A stretch of 64,000 bases of DNA from Tubiluchus corallicola. Its lineage: Eukaryota; Animalia; Priapulida. The notes below the pieces were generated by a model. It was not told where the DNA came from. It worked only from the letters and a program-made list of their open reading frames with translations, and searched no databases. Position 1 is the first letter of the stretch. Every line of letters starts with the position of its first letter. The stretch lies in assembly GCA_030141605.1 (NCBI GenBank), contig JAQGDQ010000127.1:503832-567831 (forward strand). The letters are read 5' to 3'. This document shows positions 27,741 to 39,411 of the stretch, piece by piece. Made by a program: the position numbers and the translations under genes.

Positions 27741-30700
27741 CATGAACTAAACAGACTAGGTCCGCTTACTGTTTTCGTCTGCAGATAATCTTTCTGAGCT
27801 CTTTCTGAGCGACACAGTAACTGACATAAATATTATTGTTGCTCGGGCAATTATCCATAACTTACTTGTTGTTCAGAAGCGTCTAATTCTTGGTCTTCTG
27901 CTGTTTCTTCCAACTTTCGATAATTAAACAACTGTAAAAATCAAAAAATATTTGGGAATTTTTTGCAACATCTCATTAACATTACATAAAAGTGAATATT
28001 ATTAATTTGGAACACTTGTGTTTGCCCCGGTCTATTATAGGCTTTTAATAATCATACTAAGTACTTGCAAAATAAATATTGTGTGCAGTTTTATACAGTG
28101 TTACCGTGTGGGCAAGTGCGCCATGCTTGACAGTATGCTTGGCCGACAGATTCTTGCCAGAAACTAGAAAACATTTCCCAAATGTTAGGGTTATAGTCGT
28201 CTGCGTCTCTGAGGAACTATATATGTTATTAATGACATGTTGTAATTCGTTTTATTGCTGAAACCTTCCAGTCTTGGATAACGGTACATCGACACAGAAT
28301 AATTATGTCGAATGCCAGACGGCTTGCTTGGTGCAACTGAAAGATAGCTCCTGCTTTAAGCTCTAAATTTTTTATTATTAAAATCATAAATTACGAAAGA
28401 AAATTCCTCTCAAAGTGGAAAGCAAATAAAATTCTTAAGATGCTAGGGAGAAATACTAGACGCTGAACAGCTTGTCAAACTGACAACGTGGTGATGATTA
28501 ATCAGTAACGGCAGTTTACAGGGATAATATTCCATGCAATAAATGTAATAAAGACTTTCAAAACGTGCGGATGTGTCGATGAGTAACTGTAGCGCCATTA
28601 CTTATTCTCAATCTCCATCTGTTCTTGCTGAGATCATAAATAATTATTAAACTACACTGTATCTTCTCAGACATTGTCACATATGACATCTGCATGGTCC
28701 TGATGAATTAACAATGATAAGCTTGTATTACAAGATTATTAAAGGGGGAGAAAACGGAATTTTATACTATGTCTCAAAAAGCTTTACGTGTAGAGTTACA
28801 TTACTTAGTACAACACTTGTCTGTTTGAAAGACATGTAACTGAAAAAGAAAATTTTTAATAATTTAACATGTTCGCGATAGTTGGTAAAGCGTCACTGAT
28901 TCGCAGTCCCAGTGTGCATCAAAAAAACGTCATTGATTCAACAAAACATACCTTATTAATCTGAAGTGAAGAGGTAAAGTGATTTATACTTTCGTCTAGT
29001 TGGTAAGGTGCGTGCCACGAATGCTCTACGCACTGTTATTTAAACACTTGTTTCAAACGGCTTAACGTCAAAATGGCTGTGCCTAACAATCACAATGCGA
29101 GCTTAAACTTTCAAGTTTTATACAGTGAAGTTGCTAATCAAGCTCTGTGCGCAATAAGACAGTATGCAGGTGATTTAAAATTTCAAGACGAATTTTTTTA
29201 GTCTATGTAAGTACAGATTTATGTTGTCCTTTAAAATTACTCAAAGTGCACCTTGTTATCAAATTGTTCACGTCAATCGTTGGCGCTACAAACAAATTAA
29301 TGACCGCAGATTTTTTGGTGTAACCACGTCACGGAATGGCCAAGTGATATTAATGATAGAAATTTCAAATTTACTAATTAAAATGCTGATCAAAGCAAAT
29401 GATGGGTGTAAGTGAACTGTAGGAATCTTTATGGCCGCTACCCTGCACGTTTGGTAGTCAATCAATGTATTCTATAATTATAGACATTTTACAGTCAGAA
29501 ATGACCCTGCACTCTGCCAACTAGCTTTCAGCGCTTATACTTTCACTTGACTCTGCTTGACATTATTAAGATGTATAGGAAAGGAATCACCATTTGTAAA
29601 GACAGATATTGCTCCATAAACCCAAATACTAAACAGTTCTACTGTGCGTATAGAACGCTACGTTCTAAGCGACTTGAATTGTGGAAACTTTCGCTGAAAT
29701 GAAAGCCAGTCTAATGTAAATATGTAAATTAGTGAAGGTGTGGTACTTTGAGAAGCGTACCTACTTATTACACGCTTGGTGGACTTTTACAACACACCTC
29801 ACTGGTCCTTTCTACTCCATGGTGAGAAACTCAAAACAAGAGAAAATCTAACTTTACAATTGAGATACAATAAACTTAGAACATCTGTAAGAGTATTAAT
29901 CCACTTATTTATTGCTGAGTGAAACGCACACTGAGAATTTAATTACAATGCAAAGTGATTCTTTGTGGATACTATGTGGAATCTATACTATATCGAACCC
30001 GCCGATTACCTATTAGTTTAATGACCAGCTTTAGTGCTGTTCTTAACTTCTGCCACCAAGTACACGCCATGACCACACGGCTATTTATCCATGGCCATAT
30101 AATGCATAAATACCGCAGCGTCTTGAACTGCTGCCAGAAGCTGTTTTTCTGTGCAAAACTCAATTAACGTTACGTATACGTGGATACTTACCATAACTTT
30201 TGCTAACCTGAAGAATACACTCCACGCCATTATTTTCAAAGGCAATGATATTCAAAGTCAAAATTTGCGGGAGCGTAATTCTTGTTTGGCTGTTTCAATG
30301 GAAACTGTTTCACACGGAATAATAAGTCGTAGAATACACCTCTGCATGTTTATATTTCTCCAAACACTCTAACACCCGTCACTTTTTTTGCTTGAGCAAC
30401 GGTGAAATATGAGTCTCGTATTCATGATGCTTTCGAACTTATCTGTAAAACTAACTTTATGGAGCCATCCAAAAAAGTATCTACTAGGCTGTCCCCAAAT
30501 TAACTGAACTGGATACTGTAACTTAGAAGATGGCGAAACAAGTTTCTATCATGCAGTCTGAATTTTGTCAAATTGCCTCGCAAGTCTTCTCGCCAAAAAA
30601 CTTAACTACTAAAACTAAAAAGCAAACTTCACGAAACAAACGAAAGGAGATTTACGAAATTGCATCTGTTCATCAACAGCATCTACCACATTTTCCACCA

Positions 30701-32233
30701 TCTGTTTTTATTAGATTAATCCATTGAATTAAGGAATGCCAATGAAAGTAAACATATGCAGAATAGTGCCGTGCTAATCCGCGCACTGTTGTTATTTTTA
30801 TTCTAAACACGTACTTTACTGTGCATTTAATTATTGTCATGAAAATGTTAGAATCTTCACTTCTTTGTGTCATCGCTTACTGCATACTGCAGTAATCATT
30901 GCCGATCAAATCATAGCATATGGTTTGCAGAACGTCATAACAATAGCTGTCACATAGCAATTCATTGTACTTTCCTATTAGGAACCAGTCCTTTGCACGC
31001 CAGAAGGTCAACCTTAATTTTATTACCCGTCACACATAATACACCTAACTGATGATACTGTTGAGTATAATTTCATCGTTTCCGGTACGCCTTTCCTGCT
31101 TCACAGCATAGCTCTTCAGTCTTTAGTATGCACTATACAGCAAAGTGAATTAATAAAATATACTGCATCACTTAATCATAGCGGTTAAATCTCATTATTA
31201 GTAATTTTCTCTCCGCCTTCTTCCAGTCACTCATGACTGTACAACAACTGTTATGACACTGACGTTGGCGCGCATAAGAGTCAAGTACCGGTTAATAATT
31301 GAACAATATATCTAACTCAGTTTAGAAGAAAAACGCTGTGGGTGGAATACCATTTTCTAGAGAATGGTTACTTCTCAAAGCCCAGGGGGTGCTGGTCTGC
31401 TCTCAAAAAGAAATCACAGACTCGAATTAAAACACGGCTGAATAGCAACAGAAAGCTATGACCCTGTAGCCGACGTATGTTCACACTGCGCATAGCTTTT
31501 TGCATGCGGTTCTCACAAATGAGAGGAACAAAAGCTATCTTTTCTCAGACTTCTGCATTCTGATCATCATTCTTGGGGATCGAGTGGAGTTCTATACAAG
31601 GTGTTCTGCAGGCCCGAGATTCTGACATTTGGTTTTTGTAAGTCAAATTTATAAGTAAGTGTAATTTATGTGCATATCATCTATAGTTTGTAATAGTGTA
31701 GCTGTACCCGAAAATGGCTGCATTAAAATTTATTATTTATATCTACCCTATCCCCTACAGTAACATCTCTATTAAACGTTCTTCTTGTTTTCGTTTTTGA
31801 TGGTTTTGCGCAATAATCGTGTTTGACTTGGTTTAGTGTGAACTCTTATCGAGGTTACTAATCGGTAAACCACGGAACAGTATAATCTCGGCATTCTTGT
31901 TGAATATTAACGAAAAGGTTAAAAACTGTCACACGCAAATATTTAACAACATTGACGTTTTCGAGGGTGTATGCACTACTGCGCCTGCATGTGCGTATTG
32001 TGAGAGAGCATCAATGTTCTACAATACTGCAAATGCACATTGACCGTTGACCAACCTGATCTGCAGAATACAAGTTATTTACTTTGAATCTGAAAATGAA
32101 GATCTATTGAGCCCCTAAGGGACATGAGAAAAAAAATTTGTCGTTCCCCGGAGTTACTATCTTGTTCCCCGAGTTACTAAGTCGTGCGTCAAAGAAAAAC
32201 GCTTTGTGAACGAAAACCATAAGTCGTACCGGG

Positions 32234-33373
32234 GCGTGCGATACATTCGATTCGCCGAAAAACGTGAAATCTGATACAAAATTGCGAGCCGCGTTTCATC
32301 TAACCAGAAAACGGCGATAAAAAGATGTCCGGTCGAGTATTTTACATTCAGAATCTGCTGTTATTTCCTGTGCTGTTTAGTTTCCGAGATACCGATCTTT
32401 TTGGAATAACTCAGAAACTATATGAGGCTTCTTAACCAATTTGGTGTTCCTGTAGCCAGGCTAAAGGGCTATCTTAGTCTGTAATTTCGGGCTATGACCG
32501 TTTGACCAGTCTTATTTATGACCCAAAAATCGTCAAAATATGTTCAGTTTTGAAAAGCCATTATTCCTACAAGAAGTGTCATCTACACAAACGGGAAAAG
32601 GCCAGGTAAACTACCACATCTTGGCTATCCATCTTTGCTCAGATATTTTTACCTTAAACAGTTACCGTTTAATAAGGCCTCAAACATAACAGAGTTATGC
32701 GAAGACCTAAACTTTATCACATCATTGCTTAAATTTACCCTTAAATTACTTATGACAGAAACGCCACCTATCAATATGGCGGTCAGTAATGATAGTCCAA
32801 TCAACTCTGTGCCCAACGAGGTGCCACATAACCGCCACCGACTTAAGGCTGCCACGCTACAATGTTTTTTTGGTGCACAGGTCGGTCCTATGGTTACTGT
32901 ACAGTTGAAAATAGTCATATAGCCAAAAACCGACATGCTTTACTTTAAAAGCTGTTTGAACGGAAATAGTGAGTCGAAGCGTGCGATACATCATTCGGAT
33001 TCGCCACGAAACGTAAAATTTAATACATTGCGTCGAAATCGCGAGCCGCGTTTCGTTTATCCAGAAAACGGCGATAAAAGGGATGTCCGGTCGAAAATTT
33101 TACATTCAGTCTGTTGTCATTTTCGTTCTACGCTTTTTAGCTTCCGAGATACGCTTCCTTTTGGAATAACTCAAAAATTAAGTAAGGCTGCTTGATCAAG
33201 TCTTGGCGCATGTAGCCAGGGTAGAGGGCCATTTTATCCTATAATTTCGGGTCTTGGCCTTTTGACCCGGTTAAGTTATAGTCCAAAAATCGTCAAAATT
33301 TGTCCATTTTTGAAAAGCTATCATTGCCACCTACCCAAACGGAAAAAACAAGTAAAGCACCATGTCTTGGCTA
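32234..33373. repeat. Diverged direct repeat (~395 bp aligned, period ~745 bp), satellite-like or TE-internal tandem monomer
   Basis: 32234-32627 and 32979-33373 share gcgtgcgataca, cgagccgcgtttc, ccagaaaacggcgataaaa, gatgtccggtcga, ttccgagatac, tttggaataactca, gtagccaggg, ccaaaaatcgtcaaaat and tcttggcta. Preceded by short gttcccc(g)gagttacta repeats at 32143-32180. Confidence 0.85.
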
Positions 33374-33379
33374 ATGACG

Positions 33380-34022
33380 CGTCATCAACCACGCTGACAA
33401 TAAAAAATTCTATAATCGAACAAACTCATAATGTTAAATTTTTGGGCATACTGGTAGACAATAAATTTTCATCGGATGAACACTTTAATAACATATACAC
33501 AAAAATAGCATCTAGCACATCATATATCCGACAAGTTAAAGGGCAACTAACACAACAAACTAAGATACTAATACACAAAACTTTAATACTACTACACTTC
33601 TTATGTGGATGTACACTACTTCAAAAAACAAAAGAGAAAATAACTTAAAATTAAATATCCCTCAGAACTATGCAGTGAGATTGATAGCTGGGTACTCATA
33701 CAAACATAAGGCAGGTAGACAAAAATTCAAAACTTTATCAACTAATCTAAGAAAAACTTTAAAACTTCCAATCACTGAAGCACACAAAGAATATTTTGCT
33801 CTGCTTTTTATATTTAAATACATTAACAACATCAGAAAACTATTTCAAAATAACAGATTCAGCTTTTTTCTAAATCCTATCGTCAATTCCAGAACAAGTA
33901 ATCTAAAGCAAATTAGGACAAATACCCAGTATGCAACCAACTGTGCAATCAAGCAAGCAATTCTACTTTGGAATTCTCTACCATTACATGTTAAACAAAT
34001 CAGCGTTTTAAAAGCAAATTAA
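33380..34022 (+). mobile_element. 5'-truncated non-LTR retrotransposon (CR1/L2/jockey-like ORF2 C-terminus), frameshifted
   Basis: IEQTHNVKFLGILVDNKF...H...I..KI (RT thumb KFLG motif), then in the next frame QNYAVRLI...LWNSLP. Confidence 0.85.
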
Positions 34023-34744
34023 AATCATTAATATTAACTAGATATGAAATACCATGACACCAGTACGACAACAACTAATTCAGAATTTTTATATGCACTG
34101 CATATTAATTAACTAATAATTTTTAATTCTTGTGAATAGTTGTAAATACGTTTTATTTTTATTCGAAACCAGTGGTTTCGATTGCACTGACACATTTTCC
34201 TTTAGCAGTGTAAGTTTTTCTTAACTAACACTGATTGGTCATCTCTGTAAAGTCTTTATATGTATTTAAATACTTTACCTAGACGTTTTATATAATATCT
34301 ATGATTTATATAAAATGCGTAAAGTGACTTTAGCGTGGTCTGTCTTGAATCGAATTCTTCCTAGATTTCCTTTTTTGTACATTACAGGTCTCATCATTCG
34401 ATGGAATGCGTAAGACGACCTAGTCAATGTACTAAGCCGTTCAGGCAAGCGGTGAGCTAATTATTTAACTGGTAAAGTGGCTTACGGATACAATACCACC
34501 ATCACTGAATAGGCTTCCTCTATGTGTATTAGGTGGATCACTTTCCAGAGTTAAGAATTACGATTCTTACGATTTTTTTCGTAAACTTGTTTGTGCGTAG
34601 GAACGTTCTTAGCGTTACGCACGGATTCATTTTCTAAAAATATTCAAAAAAGTCAGTTTTCCTAAAAATCTTCTTAGACCCCATCTTAAAGCTTGCGTAA
34701 ATACAATTTTGTTTGTAGTGCATGGCTATGACGTCATGTCTCTC

Positions 34745-34745
<1 letters not shown>

Positions 34746-34827
<82 letters not shown>
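34746..34827. repeat. (CT)n/(GA)n microsatellite
   Basis: About 40 perfect tc units. Confidence 0.97.
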
Positions 34828-34831
<4 letters not shown>

Positions 34832-35929
34832 GCGACACGAGAAAAAGCCGACCAGCCAATGCAATTTCAAACAAATTTGAAAACACGTTCAAACGTGACT
34901 TGCTTCAATTTCACACGTTCTCTAAAATACAAAACTGTATAAAGTGCCTACGAAAATTATGTTAGAACAATTGAACATTTGTTTTATATTTATGTTAATT
35001 AAAATTTATTCGACATTCGGATATCTAGGGAAAAGTAAAATTAAAATCTAAGAATTACACACTCTGCATATAGACAGACTTTTGCATTGCACCTTTATAA
35101 TACCTAGAAAAAATGAAGCAGAAACTATTTTAGACATTTTACTTTGGTTTGTTTCAGCACTCTATAAAATGGATAGGCGTTCTATAGAATACACGGTTTC
35201 ACATATTGCCTGTATCAGACGCAACGTGGAATTAAAGCAACAGGCTGAGGCAATCGGTTTGAGAGCTGAGGGACACCGACGTTGGATCTAAAAATCTTCC
35301 ATTAGTATTGCCTAGTTTTATATGAAGCGTTATATCTCTAAAAAGAATTTGTCATCGTGGGTAGTTAGTTATAAGACTGATTTTAAATCATCATAATAAC
35401 TGTATTACCGATAATAGTAATATAATATATTATTCAATATAATATATAATATTAATGTAATATATAATTATTATTTTGTTTTATTTATTATAATTTTCGT
35501 AATTACCTAGCTGTGTATTGTGACATTTATTGAACATCTGCATTTGCTTTTGCCATTAATGTAATCACTGTTATGCAGCAATTCTCATTTCGACTTCTTC
35601 TGTTGTCATTTTTACTACATGAGGTTGCTGAGAAGTACTTTACATTGCATTTTGTTATGTTTATTTTTTCCTTTTGCTTATTGCTTTTTTGTGATCATTC
35701 CGACCATTTATGCGTATTAACCAAAGTTCCAGCCAGTACCTATCATCACAATTTATTCTGATAATCATAATAATAAGGGTGACCTATGGTCTTTCCTCGC
35801 TCTGCTCGACCTTTGGGTAAAGTAAAGTACATGTAATATCACTGGAGAAAATAAACGTCCATGTCTACGTCTATGTATAATGCCTTTACTCGAGATCAGT
35901 AACATCGATCAGCTATCGCTGATTTCAGT

Positions 35930-36060
35930 GGTTCGCCAGTTTTTTTGTCACTATGTAGGACTGGCCGTGCATTGGCGCCGCAATCATCAGAACCAGCTTC
36001 GTGTGAGTCATGAGACTCGTGACGTCCGTGCCTGACGCGCCGACTATATGTTGAAGATAT
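35930..36060 (+). promoter_or_regulatory. Candidate promoter / non-coding first exon for the ENOSF1-Schlafen region
   Basis: Locally GC/CpG-rich island in AT-rich DNA (ggccgtgcattggcgccgc, gtgacgtccgtgcctgacgcgccg), reverse CCAAT (attgg), tgacg CRE-like half-sites, and a consensus donor cgt|gtgagt at 36003. Confidence 0.35.
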
Positions 36061-36334
36061 CCGTTATTACCGAAAGTCACATGTCATTCCATTGAAGATA
36101 GATCTTCAACAAGCCATAGAACCAGCTAAAATACCTGCAGGACGACAAATGTGAACAAATTTAGATTTTGCACAGAAATATTTAAACACTTCAGCATTGA
36201 TCCTTAGAAATAAAGGCATTTGGGGCATTGCGGCAAGCAGGGAGTCCTGACATAGAGAGGTGAACAGAATCATGTCCCTGAACGTATGATTCATTGGATG
36301 ATGATAACTGACCGAATTCGCGTCTACCTGTTCT

Positions 36335-36777
36335 CCCCATTTTGGTGGACTTGATGAACGTAATTTTTGACGCAATGAACGTATGTTGAACACCTGTGTA
36401 CTGATGGGCTTGGGTAATTTTGGACGTAACTTCGAGTGTTTGTTCATTAAATTAAAGACTATTTTGATGGACGTGATTTAAGGTCCATTTACTTATGTTA
36501 TTCGAACTCAGCGGACGTCCACTTGGTGTGTGTATTTGAACGCGATGGACTTAATTGCAAGCGTCCATTCACAAAATAACGATGGACCTACGTAATTGTT
36601 GACGTGGTGGGTTTAATGTTTAGTGCTAGCTGAACGTTAGTTTAAACGTGATGGACTCCGTATCATATGTAAATCAATTTGATTGGTGTTTGCCACGTGA
36701 TCCATCACGTCCGCTGAATTAGTGAATAAACGTCCATATTACGTTCATCACGTCCACTCATTTAGGATTTGCTGAGT
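36335..36777. mobile_element. MITE with subterminal inverted repeats and many tggacgt/acgtcca motifs
   Basis: gtggacttgatgaacgtaatttttgacg (36345-36372) vs cgtccatattacgttcatcacgtccac (36731-36757); the right end ggatttgctgag resembles CCCAG-type (CMC/EnSpm-like) termini. Confidence 0.6.
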
Positions 36778-38070
36778 CTACCAACTGCTTGAAATATCAC
36801 CTCTTTCTACAGCATTACGTAAGGCTGCCTCTCTAGTTTTTGAGAAATTATGATGTGTATGCACTGTGCCGTCAATACAGTGCATATGTACCACTTTTTT
36901 TTACATTGGTGCCACTTTTAATGATGTTAATGAAAAACATAAAGTTAATAAATCCAGTAACGATGGTCTTTCAAGCTTCATCGTGAACTTGATTTGCACT
37001 GTATAGTATATTATACATTCTATAACAAAATAATAAATGATGTACAGTGATTTTTTGCTAATAAATACTTTTTTCTTCTGAATCTTTGAACTGTATCTGG
37101 AGAGCTTGAACTATGATGATTATGTTGAAACTGTATTACTCTGTGTATTTGATTATGTGATCCCATGTAAGAAGCATGAAAATGTGTAAAAATTGATTAG
37201 CAAATCACAGAATTCAGTTTAGCTGGCTGCTCCAATAGACAGTGCTTTCCTTACAGCACTTCAGTTATATTTTTTCTGACACTGGTTCTCCGTATTTCAA
37301 GCTTCTTTTTCATGTATTTTAAATAGAAATAGTGAATAAATCAATGTGAAACAAATTTATAATATGTGTGCTTACAAACCAAAACCACCTGTAAGTCGGC
37401 ATACTTAAAACTACGTTATGATGCCTCAAAGTAGAATGCACCAAAAATTTGGTAAAATGTCAATTTTTTGTTTTTATAGAAACAAATGCTAAATGTATTG
37501 GACTTATACCCTAGCATCAAGAAAATGTTCAAACAATACTAAAAATCTAATTTTATAACACTGTACCCAATTTTTTCGCTCAAAACTAGTATTGCAATTA
37601 TGAAAAACTTGTATTTTCAAACTCTGATTGTAGCTCCTGGAAGCTGTCATTTTCCTTGGTTTTTTTTCTGTTTCTGAAGCCCAGATCTCCATCAAGAAGA
37701 GTCATCTACTGGATTTAAATACAACTCCAATGTGGCCTTGTAAAGTCTTGCAAAATGATCCTCATGAAATGGAGATTCAGGATATGTTAATAACTAGAAA
37801 AGCTTAATTGACGACTTATGGACGATTTTGCTATGCAAGCATACATATGATATGTGATATACCACCAGCACGAGTACATACATATATTCATAATCATTGT
37901 CAGGTTATATAATTATAATATTTTCAAATGATGAATTAGAAATCACCAAACTATATTTTTTTATTTTTGTTAGTAGGTGTTACCTGGTATATGCACTTCC
38001 TCTGTTGTACTTGGTGGATATTCCTGCAATCAGCTAGATCATCCTAGAACATTGCTTATATCTCACTGAT

Positions 38071-39411
38071 ATGGCACCATTATCAACAAAAATTATTGAT
38101 TTCTCTGTCTATGATATTAGATTTCCCACATCATTGGAACAACATGGATCAGATGCAATGCACACTGACCCTGATTATTCATGTGCATACGTAATTATAT
38201 CTACTGATGATGGCACAAAAGGACATGGCTTCAGTTTTACAATAGGTAAAGGTACAGATATAGTAGTGAAGGCTATTAAAGTACTGGAACATTTGTGTGT
38301 AAGCAAGAAAGTGCAAGACATTTTTAATGACTTTTCAACATTTTGGACAAAACTAACTAATCACACCCAGTTGCGATGGGTAGGTCCAGAAAAGGGTGTG
38401 ATTCATTTAGCAACGGCGGCTATAATTAATGCATTATGGGACCTTTGGGGAAAACTTGAAGGCAAGCCTGTGTGGAAACTTTTATCTGACATGACATCAG
38501 AGCAAATTGTATCACTAATTGATTTTCGGTATCTGACAGATGCTTTAACGCCCCAGGAAGCTTTAGATATTTTAAAAGCAAATGAAAATTCAAAGCAAGA
38601 AAAAATAGAATATCTAAACATGTATGGGTACCCTGCTTATACAACAGCAGTGGCATGGCTTGGTTATAGTGATGAAAGAGTAGAAATACTTGCAAAAAAA
38701 GCTCTAAGAAATGGTTGGACTCGATTTAAAGCAAAAGTTGGTGTTAGCGTAGAAGATGATGTCAGGAGGTTAAAGAAAATTCGTGAAACAATTGGCGAAA
38801 AGAATGTCCTTATGATAGATGCAAATCAGCGTTGGGACGTTGACGAAGCAGTGAAATATATGCAACATTTACTCCCATTTAAACCTTTATGGATTGAAGA
38901 GCCAACATCTCCTGATGATGTCTTAGGCCATGCATTTATAGCTAAAGCTCTCAAATCTTATGGGATTGGAGTAGCAACAGGAGAGCAATGTCATAACAGA
39001 GTTATGTTTAAACAATTTTTACAAGCTGAAGGCATGCAGTTTTGTCAAATAGATGCCTGTCGTCTTGCAGGGCCTAACGAAATCATTGCAGTGTTGTTAA
39101 TGGCTAAAAAGTTCAATGTCCCTGTTTGTCCGCATGCTGGTGGAGTTGGTTTGTGTGAGCTTGTTCAACACATGTCATACTTTGATTATATTTGTGTTAG
39201 TGCTTCTATGGAAAACAGAGTTGTTGAGTATGTTGATCACCTACATGAACATTTTACAACTCCAACAGTAATCAAGAATGGTTCTTATTTTCCACCTAGT
39301 GATCCAGGTTATTCGAGTGAGATGAAAACTGAGTCCATACTCAGTTATGAGTATCCAAATGGAAGTGTATGGCAGCATTTGTTTAAAGAGGGGAAGTTCA
39401 GACCAACTTAA
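38071..39411 (+). CDS. ENOSF1: Mitochondrial enolase superfamily member 1 (L-fuconate dehydratase, rTS), single coding exon, 446 aa
   Basis: Full-length match to the family from memory: RFPTSL..HGSDAMHTDPDYS, QLRWVGPEKGVIHLA, GYPAYTT..AWLGYSD, KxK (FKAKVG), metal ligands DANQ / IEEP / TGEQ, catalytic His in VCPHAGGVGLCE, EYVDHLHEHF. Splice acceptor ttttgttagtag at 37965-37976 in the 5'UTR. Confidence 0.97.
   Translation: MAPLSTKIIDFSVYDIRFPTSLEQHGSDAMHTDPDYSCAYVIISTDDGTKGHGFSFTIGKGTDIVVKAIKVLEHLCVSKKVQDIFNDFSTFWTKLTNHTQLRWVGPEKGVIHLATAAIINALWDLWGKLEGKPVWKLLSDMTSEQIVSLIDFRYLTDALTPQEALDILKANENSKQEKIEYLNMYGYPAYTTAVAWLGYSDERVEILAKKALRNGWTRFKAKVGVSVEDDVRRLKKIRETIGEKNVLMIDANQRWDVDEAVKYMQHLLPFKPLWIEEPTSPDDVLGHAFIAKALKSYGIGVATGEQCHNRVMFKQFLQAEGMQFCQIDACRLAGPNEIIAVLLMAKKFNVPVCPHAGGVGLCELVQHMSYFDYICVSASMENRVVEYVDHLHEHFTTPTVIKNGSYFPPSDPGYSSEMKTESILSYEYPNGSVWQHLFKEGKFRPT

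Noticed and set aside
28826-28880. tgaaagacatg resembling the miR-71 5' end
   Set aside because: The 3' half diverges and the fold-back is weak.
34634-34942. ORFs with (ER)n and (SL)n runs
   Set aside because: Translations of the (CT)n microsatellite.
38403-38695. Antisense ORFs inside ENOSF1; possible overlap with thymidylate synthase as at the human TYMS/ENOSF1 locus
   Set aside because: Shadow ORFs with no thymidylate synthase motifs; none seen anywhere in the window.
38071-39411. Bacterial contamination or recent HGT explaining the intronless ORF
   Set aside because: Base composition matches the host, there is a spliceosomal acceptor upstream, signature residues are animal-type, and flanks are contiguous with eukaryotic TEs. 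A phylogeny is needed to exclude old HGT.
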